Both the position numbers and the translations under genes were made by a program. A DNA stretch of 48,427 nt, counting the filler, from Jimgerdemannia flammicorona (lineage: Eukaryota), in NCBI GenBank assembly GCA_003990765.1. It is 2 parts of 2 records of this genome, joined end to end, with 100 filler letters (N's around TTAATTAATTAA, not from the genome) between each part and the next. Parts side by side here need not be neighbours in the genome. Positions count along the whole stretch, not along the records: positions 1 to 24,164 come from RBNJ01001014.1; 1 more part is not named here. One strand, 5' to 3'. Of the stretch, positions 1-10,596 are shown piece by piece (the first letter of the stretch is position 1; each line of letters starts with the position of its first letter). A model generated the notes under the pieces. It did not search any database. It had not been told where the DNA came from and saw only the letters and a program-made list of their open reading frames with translations.

Positions 1-3000
1 TCACCCCCCCCTACCCCTTCTTGACGAAAGACCACTTTATCAAACACCATCTCCACCTGCCCACCACTCTGTTCACAGATCCCTTCCACCAGACGACAAT
101 GTTGCCCACCTTGTGGTCCCCATCCCACCCACCACCCGATCAGCAGATCTGCCACCAACTCCTCCCATCTCAACAACTTCTCCTGTATCCCTATCTACTG
201 CCCCTCCTCAAAAACAAAGAGCCAATGTCCAGCCAACCCCACCCACACTGCTACAACCCACCCTACAGTAAGCCACCTATTGCCAACACCTCCCACATGT
301 CTAGATTCCAGATCTTCCCATGATCTCGCTCTCTATCTGGTCTCCTTTCAACCCCTAGCTGGTCCTCTACAGCTATCCAAAAATCCCCCAGCACCTCACA
401 CTCCCCCAGCCAATGTTCCAGTGTTTGTACAAATCCCCCAACATACCCAATGTTATAACACTCCTCACACTCCAGCTGACCACCATCTACCAGATGCCCA
501 GCATGGAAGTTCAACATAACATTTCTCTGCAACATTTGCCACCACACTATCCAGAACTTGGGAGGAAGCCACCACCACACCTCTGTACTCCAAGACCAGA
601 TCCCTGCCCAGTCCCACTCCTCACCAATTCTCACCACCTGCCAACTACTTGGTCAAAGATCCTGGCCAATTTGCCGCTGACACTCCACTCTATCACCAAT
701 GTCAAACTCAGTGAGTGGAACTCTCCCTAGAAGCAGATGGTCCCATCTCCACATAGCTGGACCCCATACCACCTCCCCCTCATTGCCATGCCAGCGCAAG
801 CCTATCTGGTGCACCCCATCGACCACTCCCCACCAGAAGCCCTTATACCATAGCTATCAGCTACCATTCAGACCCACCAAAGAGAGTAGATCCCCTGAGG
901 ACCCCTGGGGAGAGATTCTCATCTCTCACACCTTCTTCATCAATGGTACCCAACCTCTACCCTGTAGATCAACAGCCCTTCTCAATCACCAAGCTCACAG
1001 GCAGTGTAGGCAATTAGGGAAATCAACAAGGCCCAGGCCTCCCCTAAGCACTGGCTCGACAAGGGTATCCCAACTGATCTGGGCCCTTCTACCTGCCCAA
1101 ATCCAATCCCTAGCCAGTTTCATCAGCCTCTTCACCACCTAAGCAGGAAAGTCTAAGTAATATGCCACATACCACAGCTTGGGGAACCAGTATACATTCA
1201 GAATCGCCACCCACCCCACCAGGGAGATGTGATGACCCCCCCAACTTTTTAGAGCCTCCCCCCAAATGTCCACCCTCCTCTCCCACCATATCCACAGTAG
1301 GACTGATCCATATACAGAGAGGAAGATATCTAGATACCTCACCACCTCTCCTGTGGGGACAATTGTTCCAATGACATCCCCTCCCACTAGCCCATTCCCC
1401 AGCACTATCGTCTCATACTTATGCCAGTTGAGCTTTGCTCCAGAGTGTACCTTATACCACTCCACTGTTTCCCAAAGAGCCTCTACATCCACTACTGATC
1501 CAAGTCCAACTACTATATCATCTGCAAAGGCCCCCACCTTCTACTCCACATCATACACAGAGAGCCCAGTCACCCTCTTATGGATCCTGTCTATCAAAGG
1601 TTCTAAGGAGAGCACATAAAGGATAGGGGACAGTGGGTCCCCTTGAGGGACTCCTCTCCCCAAGGGGAATGCCAAACCCCTGTGACCATTACACATCAGT
1701 GCCGCTCTACTCCCTTCCAACAAACTCAACATAGAGGCCCAAAACAATGGCAGAATGCTAATTCTGTCCAGTACCTTGCCCAGCCAAACCTGCCTAACAC
1801 AGTCGTAGGCCTTCTCCTGGTCCAAAAAAACCAGTCTACCATCCAATCCACAGGCCCGGGCTCCTTCAATGATGCCATGCACCCAGGCAGTTCCATCCCT
1901 GATAAGTCTACCTCCTATAAAGCCCCACTGCTCCTCACCCAGCACCTGTTGAGCAACCTTCTGTAGCCTTGCAACAATCACCTTAGTCACTACCTTCCAA
2001 TCCATATCCAGAAGTATGATTGGCCTCCAGTTCTTCTAATCCTTGTGCCGGCCCTTGTCTTTGTATAATAGGGCCACCAGCCCTAAGTCCTGCTCTCCAA
2101 CCCACATGCCATTTAGAAGAACATAGTCACAAAGGGCCACCATCTCTCCCAGCATCCCAGGGATTTTCACCATCTTCTTCTAGAAGTCCCACAGTAACCC
2201 ATCTTCTCCTGGCGCTGTCCCAAGTTTAGTCACTGCCAGGACTCCTTGGATCTCCTCCTCCTGGACTGGTAAGATCAAGTCACCCAGCCCCTCTATCTGT
2301 GGCAGCTCCCACTCCTCCAGTGTGTTACCAATCGCCTCTACATCAGCACCCCCTTCCTCCTCACTCCACAGACCCTGCCAATTCTCCTTCAATACTCCCA
2401 GGATCTGCTGCATACCATGCACCAACTCTCCCTCAGCATCCAAGATCCCATCCCACTGATGTCTCACCCACCTGGCTTGGAGGAGCCTAGACAAGTACCT
2501 AGTAGGCTGCTCCCCCTCCTCAAGCCCCTACCATCTTAGCCTGGCTGCCATTCCTTGCATATGAGTCTCCTCCTCCTCTCTCAATACCTGTTGTAGTTCT
2601 ATAACTTCCAATTTCGCCCTCTCTAACCTCTAATCCTCCATCACATCAGACTTAAGCAAATCTGCCCACTCCAACTGCAATCTCCTCAGTCTATTTGAAG
2701 CACACTGTATTCACCTCCTCCTCTATCTCCCCGCCTCTCTACCAGCTCCACCCCAATAGACCCTTGCAGCCTCCTTCAATCTCATCCAACAGATATCTAC
2801 TGACAAACCCTCCTGCCTCCAAAGTGGAATCTTTGCCTGGATGTCCTCCACCCATGAATCCCACAACTCCTTCTCAGCCAGCAGAGAGGAGTTAAGACAC
2901 CAATGTCCAGGTCCATCTCCACTCCCCCCAAACTGCCCCTGCCCAAAGAGTCCCCAGTGATCAGACCATGGGCACCACACCACCTCCAAAGTCCTCCAGA

Positions 3001-3637
3001 CATCAGCACCCCAACATTCAGCTGTCAGAATCCAGTCAATTCTTGTCCCTAAGCCATTCACCCAGTGCGTGTAGATCCTGGAGTCGCCCCACCATGTTTG
3101 GCCCATATCCCCTAAGGAGCTAAGGTTTTCCACCTCCTCCTATGCATCTATACCACCACTCCTCTCACCAACATTCCTCCCTCCATCAGTCCTATCTAGC
3201 CACAAATCTTGCACTATGTTAAAATCACCACCAAGAACATTGACCCCTTCCTCCAAGAGAATGCCCTCCTCCAGTAGCTCCTTAATCCACACAATCCTCT
3301 CTCCCCTAGCTGCCAGGCAGTAACAAGAGCCCACCCTCACTGATTCCCACCCTGGCTGGTACTATTTACCCCAGACCAAGCGATTTCCCCAGCTCTTGAT
3401 TCCCTCCAAATCTCCTCTACCCTTCTTTACCAGAATCGTCACCTTTCCAAACCAAGTGGTAGCCCCACCCCATTCCCTAGTCCATTCTACCTGATCATCC
3501 TCATCCTCACACTGTACATCCTGCAGTAAAAAGAGATCAGCCTCCAATCCCTTTAGCTATGTAAAAATGTTCTTATGCCACCCAGATCCTCGAAGGCCAT
3601 TCACATTGAGAGAGAAAATGTTAGTTGTTCTTTTCAT
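1..3637 (-). pseudogene. LINE ORF2 (APE endonuclease - reverse transcriptase - C-terminal Cys/His motif), many stops and frameshifts
   Basis: ATG at 3637 (MKRTTNIFSLNVNGL); stop TGA at 1-3; pieces in ORF track 3362-3547, 3140-3340, 2723-3133, 2180-2494, 1541-2005, 1139-1537, 263-637. Confidence 0.93.
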
Positions 3638-3668
3638 GAGGAATATTGTTAAAGATTAAACCTCTCCT

Positions 3669-5678
3669 CTACAAATCCACCCTCAAGTCCTCCTGTGCCA
3701 AATCCAAGATGTGTTCCGCAGCCAGTTCCTTCTTCTCAGCTCCCTGTGCCTCCAACCCCTCCAGAAGTTCAACCATTGTCCCATCCTCTTTCTCCTCAAA
3801 GTCCTCCCAATACTCCCCACAGGCCTCTTGCCAGAACTACAAACCATGGCGTTCTGCCCAACAGTAGGCAGCCTGCTCACCAGTGACAACCACCAGCTCC
3901 ACCTTCCTCACCTCATCTACCTCATAACCCTCATCTTCCAGTAATATTGTAAGAATCTCCATCTTCAGTACCTCCACCACTCCATCACCTCACAGGATCC
4001 TTGCCCAGTACTCCTCCAACATGATCCTCAGATCCACTTCCCCCAACACCTCAGCTGCAAGGTTATCTATCACCTTGCTCATCCACAGCAGGTTCCCAAT
4101 CTCCTTCCCTCCAGGGGTCCCCAGCTGCCCTGCATCTAGCATCGTAGTATCAGTACCTACACTGGCACCCTCATTCCACTCCTCCTCTGGGACATCCACC
4201 AGCTCATCCTCACTAACTGCCACCACCTGGCCCCCTTTCGCCACATCTGGGACTCCAAAGGTAACTTGCTAGGCCCCCTGTATTGGTACATCTTCTGCTG
4301 CCCCTCTCTGCTCCACCGGGCCCCTCCTGACAAGTGGGGGGGGGGTGCCATCTGACTCCTCCTCCCAGACCTCGAAAGTACCGTCGGCATAGGGATCCTT
4401 GCCCAGCACCTTTGCAGCCCATTCTTCTGTCACCACCGCCTCCTTTCCACCTTTGCTAGCCCATACACTGGCTTTGATGCCTCCAGAGCCCCATCTACCT
4501 TCCTCTTCTCCCCTCCTATCATACTCGCCAAGAGCTCCCTCTGCCTCAAGTGCCCCTGGGCCTGCTCCCACTGCCTTTTGTCAGTGCGGACATACAATCT
4601 CCAGGTATGTTGACTCCTCATAGAGTTTCCAGGCCTTTGCCCACCATTCCACCACACCACTCATCTCCTCCAATGCTTCCAACAAATCCTCCTCCTCCTT
4701 CTCACTCCCCTTCACCCTCGATACCTTACAAATAAAAGCCCCCCACATTAACACTGAAGGCCAGTCACTTGCCTTCCCCATGACTTTCTTGCCTGTCAGC
4801 CTAATTCTGACATCAATGTCACCTGTCCTGATCGTCATCCCCTCCCACACCTGAAAGCCAATGTCCACCACATCACCATACTCAATCATCACCTCCTCCA
4901 CCCTCTTCCTCATCTCCTCCTTAGTCACAATGGGCACCCCCTTCACCAGAAGTTGCACCACTCTGGGGTCCCATCACAAGTACCTCACCATGGGGACCAC
5001 TACCTCCCCAACCACAACTCCAGTCTTCAGTGCCTCATCCAGGGGGCCTGCCTCCTCAAAGCCCACCTCGACCCCCTCCAGACCCTTCAAGAACTTCACC
5101 GAGGCTGCCCCGGCCACCTGCTTTGAAACAAGCCCCAGAACCATCCTCACTGTCACTGCCAAGCCCTGGAAGCACAAGGTCACTGCGAATTTCAAGATTG
5201 ACTTCTTGAGTAACAGGGTCACCACCAGCCCTGTTACACTATCTGCCAGATCCCCCTTCTGCATCGGGAGCCCCTGCCCCACCTGGCCATCAGCTGTCAC
5301 ATCTCTTTTTTTTTCCTGATTCCCTGTCACACTCCCATCAACAGTCACACCCCTAGCCACTGTACCTCCAGCCCCTATGCTTACACCCCCAGCCTGGGGA
5401 CCTCCCCCCCTCCCAAGGCTCATCTTGCCCTTCCCCACAGCAGCACCAGCCCTGTCTCCAGCTGGCCATCCACTCCCCTTCACCTTGTCAGCAAAGCTGG
5501 AGGGGCCAGCCTTTCTGCTATCACCACCTGTCACCAGTCCTCCTCCAGAGCCCTCACCACCATTCAACTCTCCAAAGGCCCCCATCCCCAGGCCATAACC
5601 CCTCCCCACTTTCTGCCAGCCGAAAGCCCCAGCTCTCCCTGACCCAGTATACTTGTCGGAACTCTTGCTTGAAGACAT
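3669..5678 (-). pseudogene. LINE ORF1 (Gly-rich N-terminus, RRM-like region, acidic C-terminus), disrupted
   Basis: Colinear with ORF 42955-44673 (LLKKS..F.VT.CF.GL.V; YG.++D+GF.VWEG; WP..LMWG); ATG 5678 (in-frame ATG at 5717), stop TAG 3669-3671. Confidence 0.88.
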
Positions 5679-5760
5679 ATTGATAGTACCTTTTCTCCTA
5701 GTTGTGTCAAGAACCATTGCTTGAAGTTTTGTATAACGTGAATTGTACAGGAGAAAGGTG

Positions 5761-8700
5761 GAAATTCAGCATGATATTCCTATGCAACATTCTCCACCAT
5801 ACCACCCAGAACTTGGGAGGAAGCCACCTCCACACCTCTGCACTCCAAGACCAGATACCTGCCTAGTCCCACTCCTCACCGATCCCTGCCACCTGCCAGC
5901 CACTTGGTCAAAGATCCTGGCCAAGCCCCTGCTGACACTTGACTCTCTCCCCAATATTGAATGTAGCCAGTGGAGCACCCCCCAGGAGCAGTCTATCCCA
6001 ATGCCACATATTAGGCCCCCACACCACCTCCCCCTCATTACCTTGCCAGTGCAGGCCAATTCAGTGTGCTCCATCAGCCACTCTCCACCAAAAGCCCTTG
6101 AACCACAGCCTCTGAATTCCATTCAGCCCCACCAAAGAGAGCAGATCCCCAGAGGACCCTCGAGGGGATATTCACATCTCCCACACCTTCTGCAGCAGAG
6201 GCACCCAACCTCTGCCCTACAGTTCCATAGCTCTCTTCAACCACCAGGCTCATAAGCAGTGCAGCTTCTTAGGGAAATCCACCAGGCCAAGACCTCCCCT
6301 GACTACTGGTCTCACAAGAGTATCCCAACTGACCTGGGACCTCCTCTCCCCCCAAATCTAATCCCTAGCCACCTTCGTCAGCTTCCTCACCACCCACACT
6401 GGGAAGTCGAGGTAATATGCCACATACCACAGCTTGGGGAACCAATATACATTCAGGATTGACACCCACCCAGCTAGAGAGATATGGCAGCCTCCCTAAC
6501 CTCGAAGGGCCTCCCCCCAAATATTCACCCTGCTCTCCCACCATACTCATGACAAGACAGAACCATATATAGAGAGGAAGATGCCCAGATACTGCACCAC
6601 CTCACCAGTAGGGACAATTGTTCCAATGACATCCCCACCCACTAGCCCATTCCCTAGCACCATTATCTCACACTTATGCCAGTTGAGCTTTGCCCCTGAG
6701 TGAGCCTCATACCATTCCACAGTCTCCCGAAGTGCCTCTACATCTGCCACCGACCCAAGTCCAACCACCATATCATCAGCAAAGGCCCCCACCTTCCACA
6801 CTATACCATATATAGAGAGCCCTGCTATCTTCTGGCGAATCCTATCCATCAATAGCTCAAGCGAAAGGGCATAGAGAATAGAGGACAGAGGGTCCCCCTG
6901 AGGAACTCCTCTTCCCAAGGAAAATGCCCTCCCATGGTGAGCATTACATGTCAGAGCTGCCCAACTGCTTTCCAGCAGACTCAACATAGAGGCTCTAAAT
7001 CTTGGGGGAACACCAATTCAGTCCAATACCTTGCCCAGCCACACCCGCCATACATGGTTGTAGGCCTTCTCCTGGTCCAAAAAGACCAATCTTCCATCCA
7101 GTCCACAGGCCCAGGCCCCTTCAATGACACCATGAACCCATGCAGTCCCATCTCTTATAAGTCTGCCCCCAACAAAACCCCACTGCTCCTCCCCCAGCAC
7201 CTGTTGGGCAACTTTCTACAGCCTCGCAACAATCACCTTAGTCACTGTCTTTCTGTCCATATCCAGAAGTATGATCGGCCTCCAGTTCTTCCAGTCTTCC
7301 CTCCACCCCTTGTCTTTGTACAATAAGGCCACCAGCCTGAGATCCTGCTCGCCAACCCACTCACTGCTCTGAAGGACATGGTCACAGAGAGCAGCCATCT
7401 CACCCAAAACTCTGGGGACATCTACCATCTTCTTCCAGAAGTCCCATGGCAATCCATCCTCCCCTGGCGCTGTCCCAAGTATAGTTGCTGCCAGGATACT
7501 CTGGATCTCCTCTCTCTGCACTGGTAAGATCAAGTCACCCAGTCCAGCTACTTGTGACAGCCCCCACTCTTCTAGTATATCCACAATCTCTGCCTCATCA
7601 GCACCCCCTTCTCTCTCACTCCACAAGCCCTGCCATCTCTCCTTCAAAACTCCTAAGATTCAATGTGTGCCATGTACTATGTCCCCATCAGCATCCAGGA
7701 CCCCATCCCACCAATGTTGCACTCTCCTAGCTTTGAGAAGTCTTGATAAGTATCTAGTAGGCTGCTCACCCTCCTCAAGCCCCTGCCATCATAGTCTAGC
7801 AGCCATACCCCACATATGAGATTCCTCCTCTTCCCTCAACACCTGTTGTAGTTCCACTATCTCCAATTTCGCCCTCTCTATCCTCCAATCTTCCACCCCA
7901 ACAACAGTGAGCAAATCTGCCCACTCCATTTGTAGACTCCTCAGCCTGCTGAAAGCACACCTCATGCACCTCCTCCTCTGCCTCCTGGCCTCTCTACCAG
8001 CCCCTCCCTAATAAACCTTCATAGCTTCTTTCAATCTCATCCAGCAGACAGCCACAGGCAAACCCTCATGCCTCCAGATAAAAACTTTTGGCTGAATGTC
8101 CTCTACCCACAATTCCCACAGCCCCTTCTCAGCCAGCAGGGAGGAGTTAAGGCACCAATGTCCAGGTCCATCTCTACTCTCCCCAAACTGCCCCTGCCCC
8201 AACAGACCTGAGTGATCAGACCATGGGCACCACTCCACTTCCAATGCCTTCCAAACATCTGAACCCCAGCACTCCGCCATCAGAATCCAGTCAATCCTTG
8301 TGCCCAAGCCATTCACCCAATGTGTGTAGACCCTGGCATCACCCCATCTTGTTCTGCCCATATCCCCCAAGGAGCTCAATGTCTCCACCTCCTCCCATGC
8401 ATCCAGACCTCTACTCCTACCCCTGGCACTCCTCCCTCCATCAGTTCTGTCCAGCCACTGATCCCGAACCATATTAAAGTCTCTACTGAGAACATCGACC
8501 CCTTCCTCCAAGAGAATACTCTCCTCCAGCAGCCCCCTAATCCATGCAGTCCTCTCACCCCTAGCTGCAGGGCAGTAGCAAGAGCCCACCTTCACCGATT
8601 CTCACCCAGGCCGATGCCAATCTCTCCAGACCAAGCGATCACCCCAGCTCCTGATTCCCCTCAAGTCTCTTCTGCCCTTCCTCACCAGAATCACTACCTT

Positions 8701-9146
8701 TCCAAACCAAGCAGTAGCCCCACCCCATTCCCTAGTCCACTCTACCCAATCATCCTCATCCTCACACCGAACATCTTGTAATAAAAAGAGATCAGCCTCC
8801 AATCCCTTGAGCCAAGTAAAAATGTTCTTATGCTGCTCAGAGCCCCTTAGCCCATTCACATTCAAGGAGAAAATGTTGGTTGTACTGTTCATAAAGAATA
8901 ATGATATATCGTGGTCCCATCCTCTATAAGTCCACATTCCACTCCTCCTGCACCAAGTCCAAGTTACATTCAGCAGCTAGTTCCCTCTCCCCAGCTTCCT
9001 GTACTGCCAACTCTCCCAGAAGTTCAACCATTGCCCCATCTTCACACTCCTCAAAGTCCTCGCGATACTCCAGACAGGCCTCCTGCTAGAGCCACAGACT
9101 ATGATGCTCTGCCCAACAGTAGGCCACCTGCTCACCAGCAACCACC
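5761..9146 (-). mobile_element. LINE copy 2; 5'-truncated in ORF1 and interrupted near its 3' end by copy 1
   Basis: ORF2 ATG at 8892 (MNSTTNIFSLNVNGL..LLQDVR); RT motifs in 7018-7200 and 6547-6987. Homology to copy 1 stops at the 'LNF' codons at 5761 and at ~9146 in ORF1. Confidence 0.92.
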
Positions 9147-9543
9147 CCCTCTACTAGAAATTGCATACCTTTTGGAAACAAGACCATCACCCAGAAATTG
9201 CATACTTTTGGAGATCACTGTACTATACAAGATTGTCACACCAGATATTGTATACTTTTGAAATACAATTATCATACAGAAATTGCATAAGGAGAACTGC
9301 CAAATTGCCAGACTGTTATATATAAGGAATACCTGTACCATATATACAAATTTCTGCTATATCTAGAGAACTGTCCCAATTAGGAAATTTACACACAAAT
9401 CACCTGCAGATATCCAGCTTTGACTATTATACCACTAAATACAAAGAATATTTTGTTGCCTTTAACAAAGTAACTGGGGGCTCAAGCCAAACTACATCAA
9501 CCCCCAACCTTGTAATTGCCTCTATTGAGCTAGGTACATTACA
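9147..9543 (+). mobile_element. LTR (3' part) of a Ty3/gypsy-like retrotransposon
   Basis: Ends ...TACATTACA immediately before a PBS-like sequence. Homologous to a second copy at ~10340-10596 + 16781-16837. Contains degenerate AGAAATTGCATAC(T)TTTGG repeats. Confidence 0.75.
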
Positions 9544-9545
9544 TT

Positions 9546-9563
9546 TGGGGGCTCAACTGAGAA
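9546..9563 (+). other. Primer-binding site, tRNA-Pro-like (TGGGGGCTCAACTGAGAA)
   Basis: Starts 2 nt after the LTR-terminal CA; begins TGGGGGCTC like known tRNA-Pro PBS sequences. Confidence 0.7.
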
Positions 9564-10107
9564 GATTTCAAAATTGACATGAATTTTCAGCTCACAAGAA
9601 CTGATAGTCAAACTGGATAAATTTGATACAAAATCAATCTCTGTCACTATAGAAGAACCAGTTATCACCAGCATTTGGACAGGAAGAGAGGTAATTACCT
9701 CAAGACTTGCTAATTACCCAGCATCAGAAGGATCCCAACCAGAAACCAGTACAGCCTGAAATCTCCAACCAGATCAACCAGACAACATAGGTGGTCCTGT
9801 TAGAGATTTTGAAGAACTTGCCTAAGAACTAGAAGATATCATTACATAAGTCTGAAATCATACAGCCAGATACCCCACAGCAGTCCTACCAATCTCACCT
9901 ATAGAATCTTTACCACCAGCCCTTGCAGAACTAGAAGCAGCTCCTTCAAGAATACCTAGGCTCACTCTACTTCAACTAAGATCTGCAACACCCTCCTCAA
10001 GATACTCAATCACTTTCACTCTCAGTAACAGTTCAGAAAGTATATCAGAGTCGGAATCTAAATCAGAATCTGGACCAGAACCAGAATTAGAAGAAAGTGA
10101 TAATGAA

Positions 10108-10325
10108 ATGGCCACCTTATTGCCAATCTTTGCAGGATATCTGGAGGAAAACCCCAGAGAATTCCTTGATAGAATTGAAGGAATTGCAGCTCTGAGGAAT
10201 CTCCCAGATGAAAGAAAAATTGCCATTTACAAGGCCCAGCTCAGAGAACCAGCCAGAGGAATTTTCCACTAAATAGCAAATGATCCAAATTCAGAACTAG
10301 CAGTAGAAATACAAACAGCAGTATC
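10108..10325 (+). pseudogene. Ty3/gypsy-type gag (capsid N-terminal) fragment
   Basis: Translates MATLLPIFAGYLEENPREFLDRIEGIAALRNLPDERKIAIYKAQLREPARG, matching the P.F.G...E.P.EFL...E......D..K......L...A pattern of retrotransposon gag; lies downstream of LTR+PBS; in-frame stop and truncation. Confidence 0.7.
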
Positions 10326-10596
10326 TTTCTAGCTGGAATATATATACTCATATTATATAGAGATCATCATACTATATAAGATTATTATACAGAAACTATA
10401 TATATTTAAGAGATTACTACTATCTAAAGAGAAAACTACTTATATTATATATAAATTACTACTATACTCAAGAACTGTCTCAATAAGAAAATTAACTACT
10501 ATATCTAGATTTGACTATTATACTACTAAATACTAATATTAGAGATTATAAAATATTTTATTACTCTTTGACAAAGTAACTGAGAGTACAAGCTAA

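Larger units (their letters stand above)
1..5760 (-). mobile_element. Non-LTR retrotransposon (L1/Tx1-type LINE) copy 1; 5'-complete, decayed; 3' UTR and tail lie left of the window
   Basis: Minus-strand fragments give APE endonuclease (NIFSLNVNG, LFLLQD, GGDFN, RIDW, SDH), RT (FLDQEKAYD, GVPQGDPLSP, AFADD) and C-terminal CEEC..EHWLGEC. The 5' end CACCTTTCTCC at 5760 matches the 5' end of copy 3 (CATCTTTCTCC). Confidence 0.95.

Noticed and set aside
21..9261. Numerous Pro/Ser/His-rich plus-strand ORFs
   Set aside because: They are antisense shadows of the G-rich minus-strand LINE copies.
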